This document shows positions 10,160 to 20,062 of a stretch of 64,000 nt of DNA, one piece after another (position 1 is the first letter of the stretch; every line of letters starts with the position of its first letter). The translations under genes and the position numbers were made by a program. Where the stretch lies: the NCBI GenBank assembly GCA_944362705.1, contig CALVTO010000002.1, positions 230,284 through 294,283 of the forward strand. Direction: 5' to 3'. This DNA comes from an uncultured Clostridia bacterium (GTDB lineage: Bacteria > Bacillota > Clostridia > Christensenellales > UBA1242). The notes beneath the pieces were generated by a model. It had not been told where the DNA came from. It worked only from the letters and a program-made list of their open reading frames with translations, and searched no databases.

Positions 10160-12130
10160 TTATCTTGCACGTGAGCCTCCGCCACCTGCGCCACCGCCAG
10201 AGAAGCCACCGCCATGACCACCTCCAGCGCTAAAACCTCGCGTAGCGCGGGCAATGCGTTGCGCCTCTAACACGTGGCTTTGTATTTGATGATACACACG
10301 CGTACTTGCACGTGAAAGCACATAATGCATAGCCATAACATCAAACACAGAAACGGAGTTTGTAACATACCAGGTTGGAGCCTGTATGCGTATGTCTTTA
10401 AATTTTTCCATCCACACATCGGTTACATCTAATGCGTACGTATAAGGTAAAATATCGTAAAAATAATTAGGATTTTCTTCAACAAGCATTTCTAACTGAC
10501 TCTTTTCCGCCACTTGCAAGTATTTTCTAAACCCATTTACGCGCCCCTTTATAACAGCACCATCTTTGGTATATTTTTGTTTTAATAGGGTAACACCCCA
10601 CAACAATGCTACAATTATGATTGTAGCTATAAAAAAGCTATAGGTTTTTTCTATGCTTTGGTAGTAACTGCTTTGGTAACTATACGCCATAATAAGCGAT
10701 ACAATGGTGACAATGCCACTAACAAGCACATGCTTACACACGCACGCTACAAGCAAAACAACCAACAACACAATGATACTGGTTTCTACATGCAAAAAGC
10801 CTAAATACACGGAACTGTAAATAACGGCTATACAACAAACAAAAAACGCTATTATGGCAGGTATAAACTGCACCCAACTAAGTTTATGTTTTTTGTTCGC
10901 GTACAATGTGTGGTTGGCGTACACATTCATTTCGCTTATGGCGGATAAAGCAACACTATAAAAAGATTCTGGCAACGCGTCAATAGAAACAACATCTTGA
11001 CCCGTAAATAAAGCTGTATATATGCGTTGTAAGTAATTATCTTCTTTTTCAGTTATCTCTTGTTTTTTATGCAAGTATACACTGTCTTCTTTTTCTTCTA
11101 TAGAAATATACCCTTTGTTTGCCATGTATACCAACATACTTGTAACGCCTTCGGGCGTTCCTTTTTCTTTAAAAATAGCACCACATTTTAAAGGAATTAA
11201 GTTGTTAGGCGGAGTTACTTCTACCGGTTCTACAAGTGGCGCACTTTTTAATTTGAAAATATATAAAAGTACACATAAAACAACCGCCACCGCCAATACA
11301 ACATACGTAACAATGCCCGGCCAAACCGCTTTTTCTGGAAAAGCAAAATAGTTTTGAGGCAAAGCAACTTGCACCGTTACGCCTTCGTATGCACCCAAAT
11401 GTTGAATGTACCCCGTAATAACGGTTTCGCTTTCCGTGTTGATATATGCTTGTGGATTCTCTTCTTCACTACCTAAAACAGAATCGTTAGAACCATAAAG
11501 GCCATAATACACCATAACATTGTTTGACGCTGTATGATAATTTGAAGGAAAGGTAATAGAAAAGTTTATATTTGTGCGTTCATGCGAAGCCATGTGCCCA
11601 ATGATATTAAAATACACACCTTGGTAACCATAATCTTCAAACGAGCCTGGGTAATAAGTATATGTAAAACTGTATGTACGCGTTTCTCCGTACGTTGTTG
11701 GTTTAAATGATTTTACCCCAATGGTGTAGTAGCCTTCGTATCCCTCTTCATCTATGTACGTGTTCACTTCAAACGCTTCACCATTTGCATCTTCCCACGA
11801 TGCTGAAACATCTCGTATTTGAGCGTAACTTGTATGTTTTTTTACTGTGCCATTTTCTTGTACATATACGGTGTTTTTATATGGAATATCTCTTAAAAAT
11901 TCCGTATAACTAGCATAAAATGTCATATCCATGGTTTCGGTAATATAGTAATACCCTTTGCTATCGATGGTAATCGTTACATTGGTATTGCTTTCGCGCA
12001 TGGTTGTATCTGTAACTTCACTTGCGAAAGCGGTTGTCGTACACGAAACAGGCATTTGAAAAAATAGAGGCAAGCATACCACTGCTAGCCCCCACATTAT
12101 ATATAAAAATTTTTTCAGTTGTTTTGTCAC
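10160..12130 (-). CDS. DUF2207-family membrane protein
   Basis: Signal peptide, extracellular domain, TMs, GFRKYL...ILPYTYAL and Gly-rich C-terminus; downstream of lemA. Confidence 0.85.
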   Translation of the reverse strand: MTKQLKKFLYIMWGLAVVCLPLFFQMPVSCTTTAFASEVTDTTMRESNTNVTITIDSKGYYYITETMDMTFYASYTEFLRDIPYKNTVYVQENGTVKKHTSYAQIRDVSASWEDANGEAFEVNTYIDEEGYEGYYTIGVKSFKPTTYGETRTYSFTYTYYPGSFEDYGYQGVYFNIIGHMASHERTNINFSITFPSNYHTASNNVMVYYGLYGSNDSVLGSEEENPQAYINTESETVITGYIQHLGAYEGVTVQVALPQNYFAFPEKAVWPGIVTYVVLAVAVVLCVLLYIFKLKSAPLVEPVEVTPPNNLIPLKCGAIFKEKGTPEGVTSMLVYMANKGYISIEEKEDSVYLHKKQEITEKEDNYLQRIYTALFTGQDVVSIDALPESFYSVALSAISEMNVYANHTLYANKKHKLSWVQFIPAIIAFFVCCIAVIYSSVYLGFLHVETSIIVLLVVLLVACVCKHVLVSGIVTIVSLIMAYSYQSSYYQSIEKTYSFFIATIIIVALLWGVTLLKQKYTKDGAVIKGRVNGFRKYLQVAEKSQLEMLVEENPNYFYDILPYTYALDVTDVWMEKFKDIRIQAPTWYVTNSVSVFDVMAMHYVLSRASTRVYHQIQSHVLEAQRIARATRGFSAGGGHGGGFSGGGAGGGGSRAR

Positions 12131-12143
12131 AAAAAAACCCCTT

Positions 12144-12716
12144 TTAGAACTCTACTTTAACGGCATTACGTTCTTCTTGGTTGGTAATTTCAAACATTGT
12201 TGCCTTTTTAAAACGGAACATTTTTGCCACAATATTGGACGGAAACATTTGTACTTTATTATTGTAAATTTTTACATTTCCGTTATAATATTTACGGCTA
12301 TTGGCAATTTCAATTTCTAGTGTTTTTAATTGTGTTTGCAAATCTAAAAAGTTTGTGTTTGCCTTTAATTCAGGATAACTTTCAGCAACCACCAACAAAC
12401 GAGATAAAGCACTAGAAAAATCTTTTTCTGCTTTTAATTTTTCTTCTGTGCTTGTTGCACCATTTGCTAAGTTGCGCGCTTGAATCACATTTTCGAGTGT
12501 TTCGCTTTCGTGCTTAGCATACCCTTTTACTGTATTTACTAAATTTGGAACTAAGTCATAACGCTTTTTCATAAATACATCCATAGTAGAAAAAGCCTCT
12601 TCATTATTATTGCGCAAACGGATAAGTGCGTTATACCCTGCAATTATCCAAATAATAATTGCTAATACAACAACTACCGCTACACCTACTAAAACCCATT
12701 GTAATGTTGTTAACAT
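12144..12716 (-). CDS. lemA: LemA family protein
   Basis: N-terminal TM, KRYDLVPNLVNTVKGYAKHE, ESYPELKAN, FPSNIVA. Confidence 0.95.
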   Translation of the reverse strand: MLTTLQWVLVGVAVVVVLAIIIWIIAGYNALIRLRNNNEEAFSTMDVFMKKRYDLVPNLVNTVKGYAKHESETLENVIQARNLANGATSTEEKLKAEKDFSSALSRLLVVAESYPELKANTNFLDLQTQLKTLEIEIANSRKYYNGNVKIYNNKVQMFPSNIVAKMFRFKKATMFEITNQEERNAVKVEF

Positions 12717-12825
12717 ACCCCTCTCCTTTCTTTTTTTCTATTTTGTCATAATTTATATGGTTTGTAAAGTAAATTGGTTGTGAATTGCAAGAATTTTCTT
12801 TATACTAATACACAAGGAAGTACGT

Positions 12826-13614
12826 ATGAAAAACGAAGAAAATATTCACAAAAATCATAGATTGCGCATGAAAGAAAAAGTTTTAAGTGGCAACTTTGAC
12901 TCTTTTGCCGACCACGAAAAACTTGAAGTTTTATTATATTATGCTATTCCACAAGGTAATGTAAACCCACTATGCCATAAACTCATTAAAAAGTTTGGTA
13001 GTTTTAGCGGTGTATTTGATGCAACGTATGAACAACTTTTAGAAATAGATGGCATTGGTCCGCATACCGCCATGCTTATTACTTTATTGCCTAAATTATT
13101 TAACGCGTATTCACGACAACGCGCGCAAAACTTTGAAAGTTTATCTACATCTTACAAAACCATTCAGTATGCGCGCATGTTACTAGCAGGTGCGGTGCAA
13201 GAAGAATTTTATGTTATTTGTGTAAATGCGCAAAATAAAATATTAGGCTCGTATAAACTTGCAAGCGGTTCTTTTCATAAAGTAGAAGTTAGCTTGCGAG
13301 ATATAACAGAAATAGCTATTAAAAATAAATGCGACCGTATTATAATAGCACATAACCATCCTACCGCAACATCTAAACCTAGCGACCAAGATTTATTATT
13401 AACGTTTCGCATTGTTATGAGTTGTTTACTAAACGATATTAAAGTGTTAGACCACGTTATTATTTCGCCAACCGATGGTTTTAGTTTTGCACACAACGAA
13501 CTTATGTACACATTTACAACAGAAATTTTTAAAAACTTGCATGTAAATTTACAAAACCCGCAATACAAAAAGTTTTTATTAGAACAATCAGCAGATACTT
13601 ACGAAGAATCATAA
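12826..13614 (+). CDS. radC: RadC/UPF0758 JAB-domain protein
   Basis: HRxR start, HhH IDGIG, AHNHP...PSxxD, VLDHVII. Confidence 0.92.
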   Translation: MKNEENIHKNHRLRMKEKVLSGNFDSFADHEKLEVLLYYAIPQGNVNPLCHKLIKKFGSFSGVFDATYEQLLEIDGIGPHTAMLITLLPKLFNAYSRQRAQNFESLSTSYKTIQYARMLLAGAVQEEFYVICVNAQNKILGSYKLASGSFHKVEVSLRDITEIAIKNKCDRIIIAHNHPTATSKPSDQDLLLTFRIVMSCLLNDIKVLDHVIISPTDGFSFAHNELMYTFTTEIFKNLHVNLQNPQYKKFLLEQSADTYEES

Positions 13615-13622
13615 GCAAAAAC

Positions 13623-13648
13623 AAAAGAGCACGTTTACGTGCTCTTTT
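13623..13648. terminator. Bidirectional terminator
   Basis: Inverted repeat AAAAGAGCACGT-TT-ACGTGCTCTTTT between convergent genes. Confidence 0.8.
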
Positions 13649-16200
13649 TATTCTTCTTTATTTTTTTTGCTTTGCTCTTGCAATAAAGAGCGAATATCTT
13701 TTAAAATTTCGTCTGTTGTTTCTTTCTTTGTTCGTTTGGTTGTTCTTTTAGAAGAAGTTTTTCTTGTAGACGATTTTTTCTTAGACTTTGTAGATTTCTT
13801 TGTCGTACGCTTTGTTGTTTTTGGTTTTTCTACCACCTCTGTAGCTATGTCTGTAGTGGCAACTTTTTTAGGGCGACCACGTTTGGCTCTCGGTTTTTCT
13901 ACTACGCCTTTATTTAATTCTGCGATTTCATGAATCGTTTCTTCAGGTTTTGCTTCTACCGCGCTGTTGGTTGTAATATCTGGTGTTTTCTTTTCTATAG
14001 AAGGCGAAACCTCTTCTTGTTGTGGTTCAGGCGTTGGTACGACTGGCTCTATTTGCCCGCTTGCATGTACATCTTCCATGCTAGGTGGAACAATAGCAAC
14101 ATCTTGTGGTTTTGTTTGAACAACAACATCTTTAGCATCTTTTTGCGTGCCACGTTTTTTACGACGCACTGCCCAAATAATAATAAACACCACTATAGCA
14201 ACCACCGCTAAACAAGCAACCACTATACCAATGATAGCCCCTGTGGTTAAATTGTTTGTGGCCGGCAATACAATAAACTGTATGCTTGCGTTGCCTTTTG
14301 CTATATAATTTGTATCTTCAATAACAGCTGTTGCTGTATATTTACCTGCAGTTAACACCAACATGTTTGGCGTATACTGAATGTTACAATCAACTTTATT
14401 TCCAAAAAAATCGTAATAATATGCAACAATTTGTTGCCCCGAATGTTCAACAAAATTTTGATAGTTTTCAAAGAAAACACTAACTTGATACGGCTCTATA
14501 ACTAAGATAAATTCTTGAGCATTGTTCGCAAGACTTGCTGACGCTTGCAAGTGCGCGTTCGCAACTTTATCGTACGTAACAACAATTTTATACGTGCCCG
14601 CTTGCACAGGTAATGTTTTTGTTGCATACACATAACCACCAATACTTGCATCAAATGTTACTGTGTTTATAACCACATAGCTTGTAGAGCCATCGGTCTG
14701 TTTTTGCAACTGCTGAATTTCAAAACGAAATCTTACAGCATAACTTCTACCATAGGCATCGGTCACCAACGCATCTGTTGGCGTAAAATGCGATTGATTA
14801 TTATACGTTGTATTTGATGTGAAAATAACATTTTCGTAGTTTTCAAAAATAGATGTATCTACTGCCAACTGAAATACTAGCACATTAAATTCTAAAGTGT
14901 GTGTTGTTGTATAATTACTATTTAAAACAACGGAAACATGATAGGTTCCTATTTCTTGAACGGAGTTTACCGTGCCGGTTTCATTGGTAATAACAAACTG
15001 TATTTTATTATAATCGCTTGCATAAATTTCTTGTAAATTTCCTATGCACGCAAGCAAATTTTGTGCACTGCCCGTGTATGCAAATTGAAATGCTCCGTCA
15101 TAAAAATTTTCTTCATTTGCTTGTAAATCAACTTCTTTAGGACTTACAATTATTTTGTGACCCACACTTATATATTGATAATTTTTATTGTTTTTTAACT
15201 CAATGGTAATATTATGCGTACCCGCTTGTAACATAGGTGCGGTAACCACGCTCCCCGTTTCAGAGCCTTCGTGCCAAACCCATGTTTGATTTGCAACGCT
15301 GTATGTTGCTACGTACTGAAAATTCCCTGCCATTTCATTAGAAAACGCAACCGTAACAGTGGTTTGAAGCAATAAATTTTCGTTTTTTATTCCGCGCACT
15401 GTAAATAACGATGCGATATCGTAAGCAGCATTTGCATACACAAGTGTATCTGGCGCTATAACTTCAATCGTAGCATTTGCCTGCGTTACTTCAAAACTAT
15501 AAGTGATGGTAGACGTAGGTTCGCCATTAGGTGTTTTAAGTAAAAAGTTTTTAGATGTAAACTCTAACCGATAACTTCCTGCATCTTTTATTTGTGAAAC
15601 AGGCGTGTTGTTATAGTAAATAGAACAAACAACATCTGTTTCGGTAGCTGTTTCTGGTAAGGTATAGGTGAAAATAGTGTTTAGTGCTATTTCTTCCCCT
15701 GTATAGGTTTTGTTTTGTGCTTGTTCTGGCAGATTAACCACAATACTTTCTTCTGCCTTTTGAATATTTATGGTATAGTTGGCTTCTAACGATGTATACC
15801 CTTCTGCCGTGGCAGTTACAGAAACCTGATATTCTCCCACATTTTTAGGACGCAACCCTGTAAATTCAACCGTGTTAGACGGCATGGTTTTCACAAGCTG
15901 GCCAATAGGGTTTAGTACACCATCAGATACCTTTTCATAAAACACATAGGTGACTTTTATAGAAACATCTTCTGCATCTACTGTAAATACATGTTGTGGC
16001 ATATATTCCTGGTTGTTATACGAATACGTTTCTGACTGAATAGGTGTTTCTTGAGATACAGTCACTTGGCTTGTTTGCGCCTTTGTATACATATTTGTTA
16101 CGGCATTGGGTTTGTTCCCCCACATTCCGTAAGAAAAAAGACCTGTAACCAAAGCCACAACCGCTACAATTATTTTAGTTATATTTTTATACCTTTTCAT
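13648..16200 (-). CDS. Membrane-anchored surface protein with Ig/MBG-like repeats and basic cytoplasmic tail
   Basis: N-terminal hydrophobic signal, repeated Y.G...AG.Y beta-rich units, TM (GAIIGIVVACL...) followed by RRKKR, Lys-rich tail. Confidence 0.7.
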   Translation of the reverse strand: MKRYKNITKIIVAVVALVTGLFSYGMWGNKPNAVTNMYTKAQTSQVTVSQETPIQSETYSYNNQEYMPQHVFTVDAEDVSIKVTYVFYEKVSDGVLNPIGQLVKTMPSNTVEFTGLRPKNVGEYQVSVTATAEGYTSLEANYTINIQKAEESIVVNLPEQAQNKTYTGEEIALNTIFTYTLPETATETDVVCSIYYNNTPVSQIKDAGSYRLEFTSKNFLLKTPNGEPTSTITYSFEVTQANATIEVIAPDTLVYANAAYDIASLFTVRGIKNENLLLQTTVTVAFSNEMAGNFQYVATYSVANQTWVWHEGSETGSVVTAPMLQAGTHNITIELKNNKNYQYISVGHKIIVSPKEVDLQANEENFYDGAFQFAYTGSAQNLLACIGNLQEIYASDYNKIQFVITNETGTVNSVQEIGTYHVSVVLNSNYTTTHTLEFNVLVFQLAVDTSIFENYENVIFTSNTTYNNQSHFTPTDALVTDAYGRSYAVRFRFEIQQLQKQTDGSTSYVVINTVTFDASIGGYVYATKTLPVQAGTYKIVVTYDKVANAHLQASASLANNAQEFILVIEPYQVSVFFENYQNFVEHSGQQIVAYYYDFFGNKVDCNIQYTPNMLVLTAGKYTATAVIEDTNYIAKGNASIQFIVLPATNNLTTGAIIGIVVACLAVVAIVVFIIIWAVRRKKRGTQKDAKDVVVQTKPQDVAIVPPSMEDVHASGQIEPVVPTPEPQQEEVSPSIEKKTPDITTNSAVEAKPEETIHEIAELNKGVVEKPRAKRGRPKKVATTDIATEVVEKPKTTKRTTKKSTKSKKKSSTRKTSSKRTTKRTKKETTDEILKDIRSLLQEQSKKNKEE

Positions 16201-16265
16201 AAACACCTGCACTTTGTTAAAAGTATACTTATTTTTTTATTTTTTGACAAACAAATCTATGTGTT

Positions 16266-16817
16266 TTATGACAAATGCCCTGCATAAAATGTGCCTGCAT
16301 CTATTCGCTTTTTTATCTTTTTTAAACTGCGTTGCATATCTTCTTCATTTCCGCCTGGGAAATCTGTTCTACCACAACCACCATCTTCAAACAACGTATC
16401 GCCTGTAAACCAAGTGTTTTGTATATAAAAACAACAACTGCCTTGGGTATGACCCGGTGTGTGTACAACTGTAACGGTTTCACCCGCAATATGTATGATT
16501 CCTTCCTGCAAAAATATATCTGGAACAAATTTCGCAAAAGGCAAACCCATAGTAAAAGACAAATTGGCTTTAGAAAAAATATTTTTTTCATCTAGTTTGT
16601 GCACCGCAATTTTCGCGCCATGTTTTTGAAATGCACAAGCATCAAATGCGTGGTCAAAATGCACATGGGTTAAAAGCACTACGCAAGTAGACATATCTTT
16701 TATATAAAGCTTCATTTGCTCAAAAATACCCACGCCTGGGTCTATAACAATATATCCTTTAGGTGTAGTTAGCAAATACGATTTTTCTTGTAAACACGAA
16801 CTGATAAACGTTTGCAT
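16266..16817 (-). CDS. MBL-fold metallo-hydrolase (glyoxalase II-like)
   Basis: THVHFDH, HTPGHT, FTGDTLF, GRTDFPGG. Confidence 0.92.
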   Translation of the reverse strand: MQTFISSCLQEKSYLLTTPKGYIVIDPGVGIFEQMKLYIKDMSTCVVLLTHVHFDHAFDACAFQKHGAKIAVHKLDEKNIFSKANLSFTMGLPFAKFVPDIFLQEGIIHIAGETVTVVHTPGHTQGSCCFYIQNTWFTGDTLFEDGGCGRTDFPGGNEEDMQRSLKKIKKRIDAGTFYAGHLS

Positions 16818-16877
16818 ACAAACATTTCCCCTTTCTTTATATTGTGCGCCAGATATGTTTGAATTATTGCAAACCAA

Positions 16878-17279
16878 CTAATTTTCGAACATTGCTATAT
16901 AAATTTCAGTAACGGTTTGCAAAGCGGTTATAAACTTTTCCGCCGTGTTTTGTTGCATGGTTGGCATAGCGTCTTCAATTACCAACCCTTGTAAAACACC
17001 CGCATAATAAACACCTTCGGCAAGTTGCTTTACAAGTTCAAGCATGTTTGGAATATCGTAATCGTTGGTGTTGTTATGCTGAATAGAAAACGCTTCTTTG
17101 CATTCTTCAAAAACATCTTTTACCATCGTTTTTAAAAATGTTTGCACTTCCTTTGTATATTTTTGACATAATGCTATATCGCCATCGTTCATTGCCATTT
17201 CACTAGCAACACCTACTTTTATTACATAGCCGGCTTGCTCCACAAATTCTGCAAGCACTTTATTTTTTTGTTCGTTCAT
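16878..17279 (-). CDS. Hypothetical protein
   Basis: 133-aa ORF with AGGAG SD, overlapping the upstream HAD gene. Confidence 0.65.
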   Translation of the reverse strand: MNEQKNKVLAEFVEQAGYVIKVGVASEMAMNDGDIALCQKYTKEVQTFLKTMVKDVFEECKEAFSIQHNNTNDYDIPNMLELVKQLAEGVYYAGVLQGLVIEDAMPTMQQNTAEKFITALQTVTEIYIAMFEN

Positions 17280-17835
17280 ATGTTTCTCCTTTTATTTCTT
17301 TGATACAATTTCCCTGCACGTAATACCATTTCTTTGCCACATTTTTCATTGGCATATCACTATAACTATCTGAGTAAAACGCTTCTAGTATTTTGTCCTT
17401 ATATTCTTGTTGAAATTGCACCAACTTTTCTTCGCCGTAACAATTTTTACCATAAATACGCCCTGTTTTTGCATGCATATTGGTAGCTATTAAACGCTTA
17501 ATGCCTAATGCTTCACATATAGGTTGCAATAAAAATACAGGTGAAGCACTTATAATAATGTCGTTAGGTTGTAATAGCTGTAAAAATATAGGTTTTATAT
17601 TCTTTTTCTCTATCTCCCAAAAAGAAAGCACTCGTTTTTGTACATTAGGAATAAAGATAAGATAAATCGCAAAAGCCTGTTTTACATATTTACGACTAAA
17701 ACAAGTAAAAACCACAAATAGAAGTTGCACAGGTAGCAATAAAAGAATATACGGAAAACGTAAAAGGCAATATACATAAAAATGTATAAAACTATCACCT
17801 TTATAAATGGTTCCGTCAAAATCATATCCGTTCAT
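17260..17835 (-). CDS. HAD-IB family phosphatase
   Basis: YDFDGT, ISAS, NCYGEEK, YSDSYSD. Confidence 0.9.
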   Translation of the reverse strand: MNGYDFDGTIYKGDSFIHFYVYCLLRFPYILLLLPVQLLFVVFTCFSRKYVKQAFAIYLIFIPNVQKRVLSFWEIEKKNIKPIFLQLLQPNDIIISASPVFLLQPICEALGIKRLIATNMHAKTGRIYGKNCYGEEKLVQFQQEYKDKILEAFYSDSYSDMPMKNVAKKWYYVQGNCIKEIKGETYERTKK

Positions 17836-17949
17836 ACTTTCGCCTCGTTGTTATAAAAATCATATAAATTTTTATATCTTTTGTCAAATCATTCACTAGC
17901 GATAATAAAGCTCTTGCGTTTGAAAATTTGCTTAATTTATAAAAAAGTG

Positions 17950-17978
17950 TTTACAAAAAAAATAAACTGTGCTATAAT
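17950..17978 (+). promoter_or_regulatory. sigmaA promoter of tRNA-Arg locus
   Basis: TTTACA-17-TATAAT with extended TG. Confidence 0.75.
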
Positions 17979-18054
17979 CTCCATGTTTTTGCAAAAAGTT
18001 ATTTTGCGGGAGCCCTTAGGGACCTTTGGTTCCTATTTACAATTTTATACATAT

Positions 18055-18096
18055 GCGCCGTTAGCTCAGCTGGATAGAGCGCCTGTCTACGGAACC
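18055..18096 (+). pseudogene. Truncated tRNA-Arg 5' half
   Basis: GCGCCGTTAGCTCAGCTGGATAGAGCG...CTACGGAACC, then unrelated sequence; no T-arm. Confidence 0.85.
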
Positions 18097-18209
18097 GCGT
18101 CACAACACTGCGTTTGTCACTCGGTTTTATGGGCGCATAAAAACCTCGTGCTTTGCGCAGGTTGTTCCTTTATCCCACAAAACTTATGGTATAACTTTTG
18201 CGGGAGCCC
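18097..18209. repeat. About 113-bp nested-hairpin (REP/MITE-like) element
   Basis: ACAAC-A-CTGCG/CGCAG-GTTGT outer stem, GGTTTTATG/CATAAAAACC inner stem, separate CCCACAAAA/TTTTGCGGG stem. Confidence 0.6.
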
Positions 18210-18248
18210 TTAGGGACCTTTGGTTCCTAATTACAATTTTATACATAT

Positions 18249-18325
18249 GCGCCGTTAGCTCAGCTGGATAGAGCGTTGGTCTACGGAACCAAAGGTCAGG
18301 AGTTCGAATCTCTTACGGCGCACCA
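18249..18325 (+). tRNA. tRNA-Arg(ACG)
   Basis: Full cloverleaf, TTGGT-CTACGGA-ACCAA anticodon arm, GTTCGAATC, CCA end. Confidence 0.96.
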
Positions 18326-18546
18326 CCATGGCTGCGTTTTGCAGTCTTTTTTTATGATTTTAATATAATTATGCAAATGCATTATTTGCAAAATCATTTC
18401 ATTGGTCTATGATTATATTTCATCCCATTTTCTCTACTTAGCTTATGTAAGCTATTTTGTTTTCAAAACAACTCAAACAAAAATAGACAAAAACACCAAC
18501 CTTTTGGCTATTGATGCTTATATGATTGCTATCATATGTTTTTTAT

Positions 18547-19728
18547 TTAAATAGGTTTTTTCTTAACTAAGTTGTTGCTCAGTTTAGCGTATGCATCCCC
18601 CATAAATATATGATTGTAACCTTCATGATTTTTTGTTACTAAAGGTTTGACTGATATGTGAGATTGAAAAATCATAACAACATCACTTCCACCAAACTGG
18701 AAAAATCCCATTGGGTCACCTTTTTGAACGCGTGCACCTACTTTTAGATTTTTCTCCCAATTACAAGAACAAATTTGAGACATACCGATTGGCAAAATTG
18801 CTACAAGCCCATAATCATCTGTTTCCACAATCACACAATCGCGTGTTTCTATCATTTGAAATCCCATTTCGTTATAGTATACATAGCGGTTATTCTTTTC
18901 ATCCCATTCTGTTATGCCACCACCAGCATTTGCGGCTGAAATCTTACGTAATTCTTTAATGGTTCCACTAACTGGAAAATGGTATCTATGATAATCAAAG
19001 ATATTAAGAAAGGTATGAGTAAGAGTTCCACCTGCAAAAAAATTGCAATAGGCGCTATCTTCTCCAATCAAATCTTTCACGGAAGAAAGTTTTGAAGATT
19101 TTAAGATCTGCGGATTGATAAGATTGCTATTCTTGTCAATTTTAAAAAAGCCTTGCGGAGTTGAATCTGCGGGAGATATAACATCACAGTCGGCTAATGG
19201 TCTTTGACGGTTATCAATAAGTTTTCTACTGAAAAAATCGTTGAAACTTGTCCATATATTTTTATTGCCATACCAGCCTTTTGTCAAACCAAACAAATCA
19301 TCTTGCAGCGCAAGTTGATAATAGTCTTCATTCCAACTTTCCTTTTTAGATAAAAATTCTCCCCATGTTTTTGAATATTTCTTAATCCAGCTTGCAATAG
19401 GCTCGTGATATTGAAGTGATGGATAATAATACCCTAAACCCTTTAATTCTTCTAATGGTTGATCAAAAATATACCAAAAATACCCTGTCGCTTGGTCGAT
19501 TGCAAGATATAATGACTGATATTGTTTGTTTTTCAGCACTTCCCATGGCATACATTTAACAGACCAATCTAAATATTCATAAAGTTCGTTAAGTGTTTGG
19601 GCAGGATTCGTTGTCTTGTCAGGATTATTTTTTTTTGCAAGAGCCAGATTTTTTTCTACTAATTTTTTTAAATTTTCATCATGATCAAGAAATGATATGA
19701 ATTCTTCTGTAATTTTTTCGTGTTTCAT
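18547..19728 (-). CDS. Phosphatidylserine decarboxylase-family proenzyme
   Basis: SFNDFFSR, SPADS, DYHRYHFPVSG, GFFQFGGSDVV (pyruvoyl-forming GS site). Confidence 0.85.
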   Translation of the reverse strand: MKHEKITEEFISFLDHDENLKKLVEKNLALAKKNNPDKTTNPAQTLNELYEYLDWSVKCMPWEVLKNKQYQSLYLAIDQATGYFWYIFDQPLEELKGLGYYYPSLQYHEPIASWIKKYSKTWGEFLSKKESWNEDYYQLALQDDLFGLTKGWYGNKNIWTSFNDFFSRKLIDNRQRPLADCDVISPADSTPQGFFKIDKNSNLINPQILKSSKLSSVKDLIGEDSAYCNFFAGGTLTHTFLNIFDYHRYHFPVSGTIKELRKISAANAGGGITEWDEKNNRYVYYNEMGFQMIETRDCVIVETDDYGLVAILPIGMSQICSCNWEKNLKVGARVQKGDPMGFFQFGGSDVVMIFQSHISVKPLVTKNHEGYNHIFMGDAYAKLSNNLVKKKPI

Positions 19729-19803
19729 GTTTTTATTATACAATAAACACAATATACAACAAAGTTTTTAAGCATCTTTTTAATATTTTGCTTAAAATTT
19801 CAT

Positions 19804-19974
19804 TCAATCTTTCTCAATTTTTAGTTTTGACTCTATTTTGCTTTTATAGTCTTTTGCGTAGTGAGAAATGGTTTCTTTACATTCCTGCTCGCTGATTTTG
19901 CCTGATTTGTAAAGCTTAAGCTCTTTGCAACCAAGAAGTCCATTCTCTTTTTCAAACTCTTTTATATCCATCAT
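19804..19974 (-). pseudogene. Probable 3' gene remnant (56 codons)
   Basis: Open frame MMDIKEFEKENG...KIEKD*, no SD, at the edge of the AT-rich insert. Confidence 0.35.
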
Positions 19975-19998
19975 TTTTGTAAAATATAAAAAACACTA

Positions 19999-20027
19999 TT
20001 GACAAACATACCAACATATATTACACT
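19999..20027 (+). promoter_or_regulatory. sigmaA promoter
   Basis: TTGACA-17-TACACT. Confidence 0.75.
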
Positions 20028-20062
20028 AAGCAAAATGTGATGGAAAAAGGAGGGCCATTCAA

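Larger units (their letters stand above)
18002..18290 (+). repeat. 95-bp direct repeat (18002-18096 / 18196-18290): leader plus tRNA-Arg 5' half
   Basis: Visual alignment, 4 mismatches, offset 194 bp. Confidence 0.95.

Noticed and set aside
17881-18213. 110-aa ORF over the tRNA-Arg duplication
   Set aside because: Spans promoter, tRNA fragment and hairpin element; no SD or protein-like features
18055-18325. Intron-containing or permuted tRNA-Arg
   Set aside because: No group I/II core or BHB motif seen; the downstream copy is already complete, so duplication explains it
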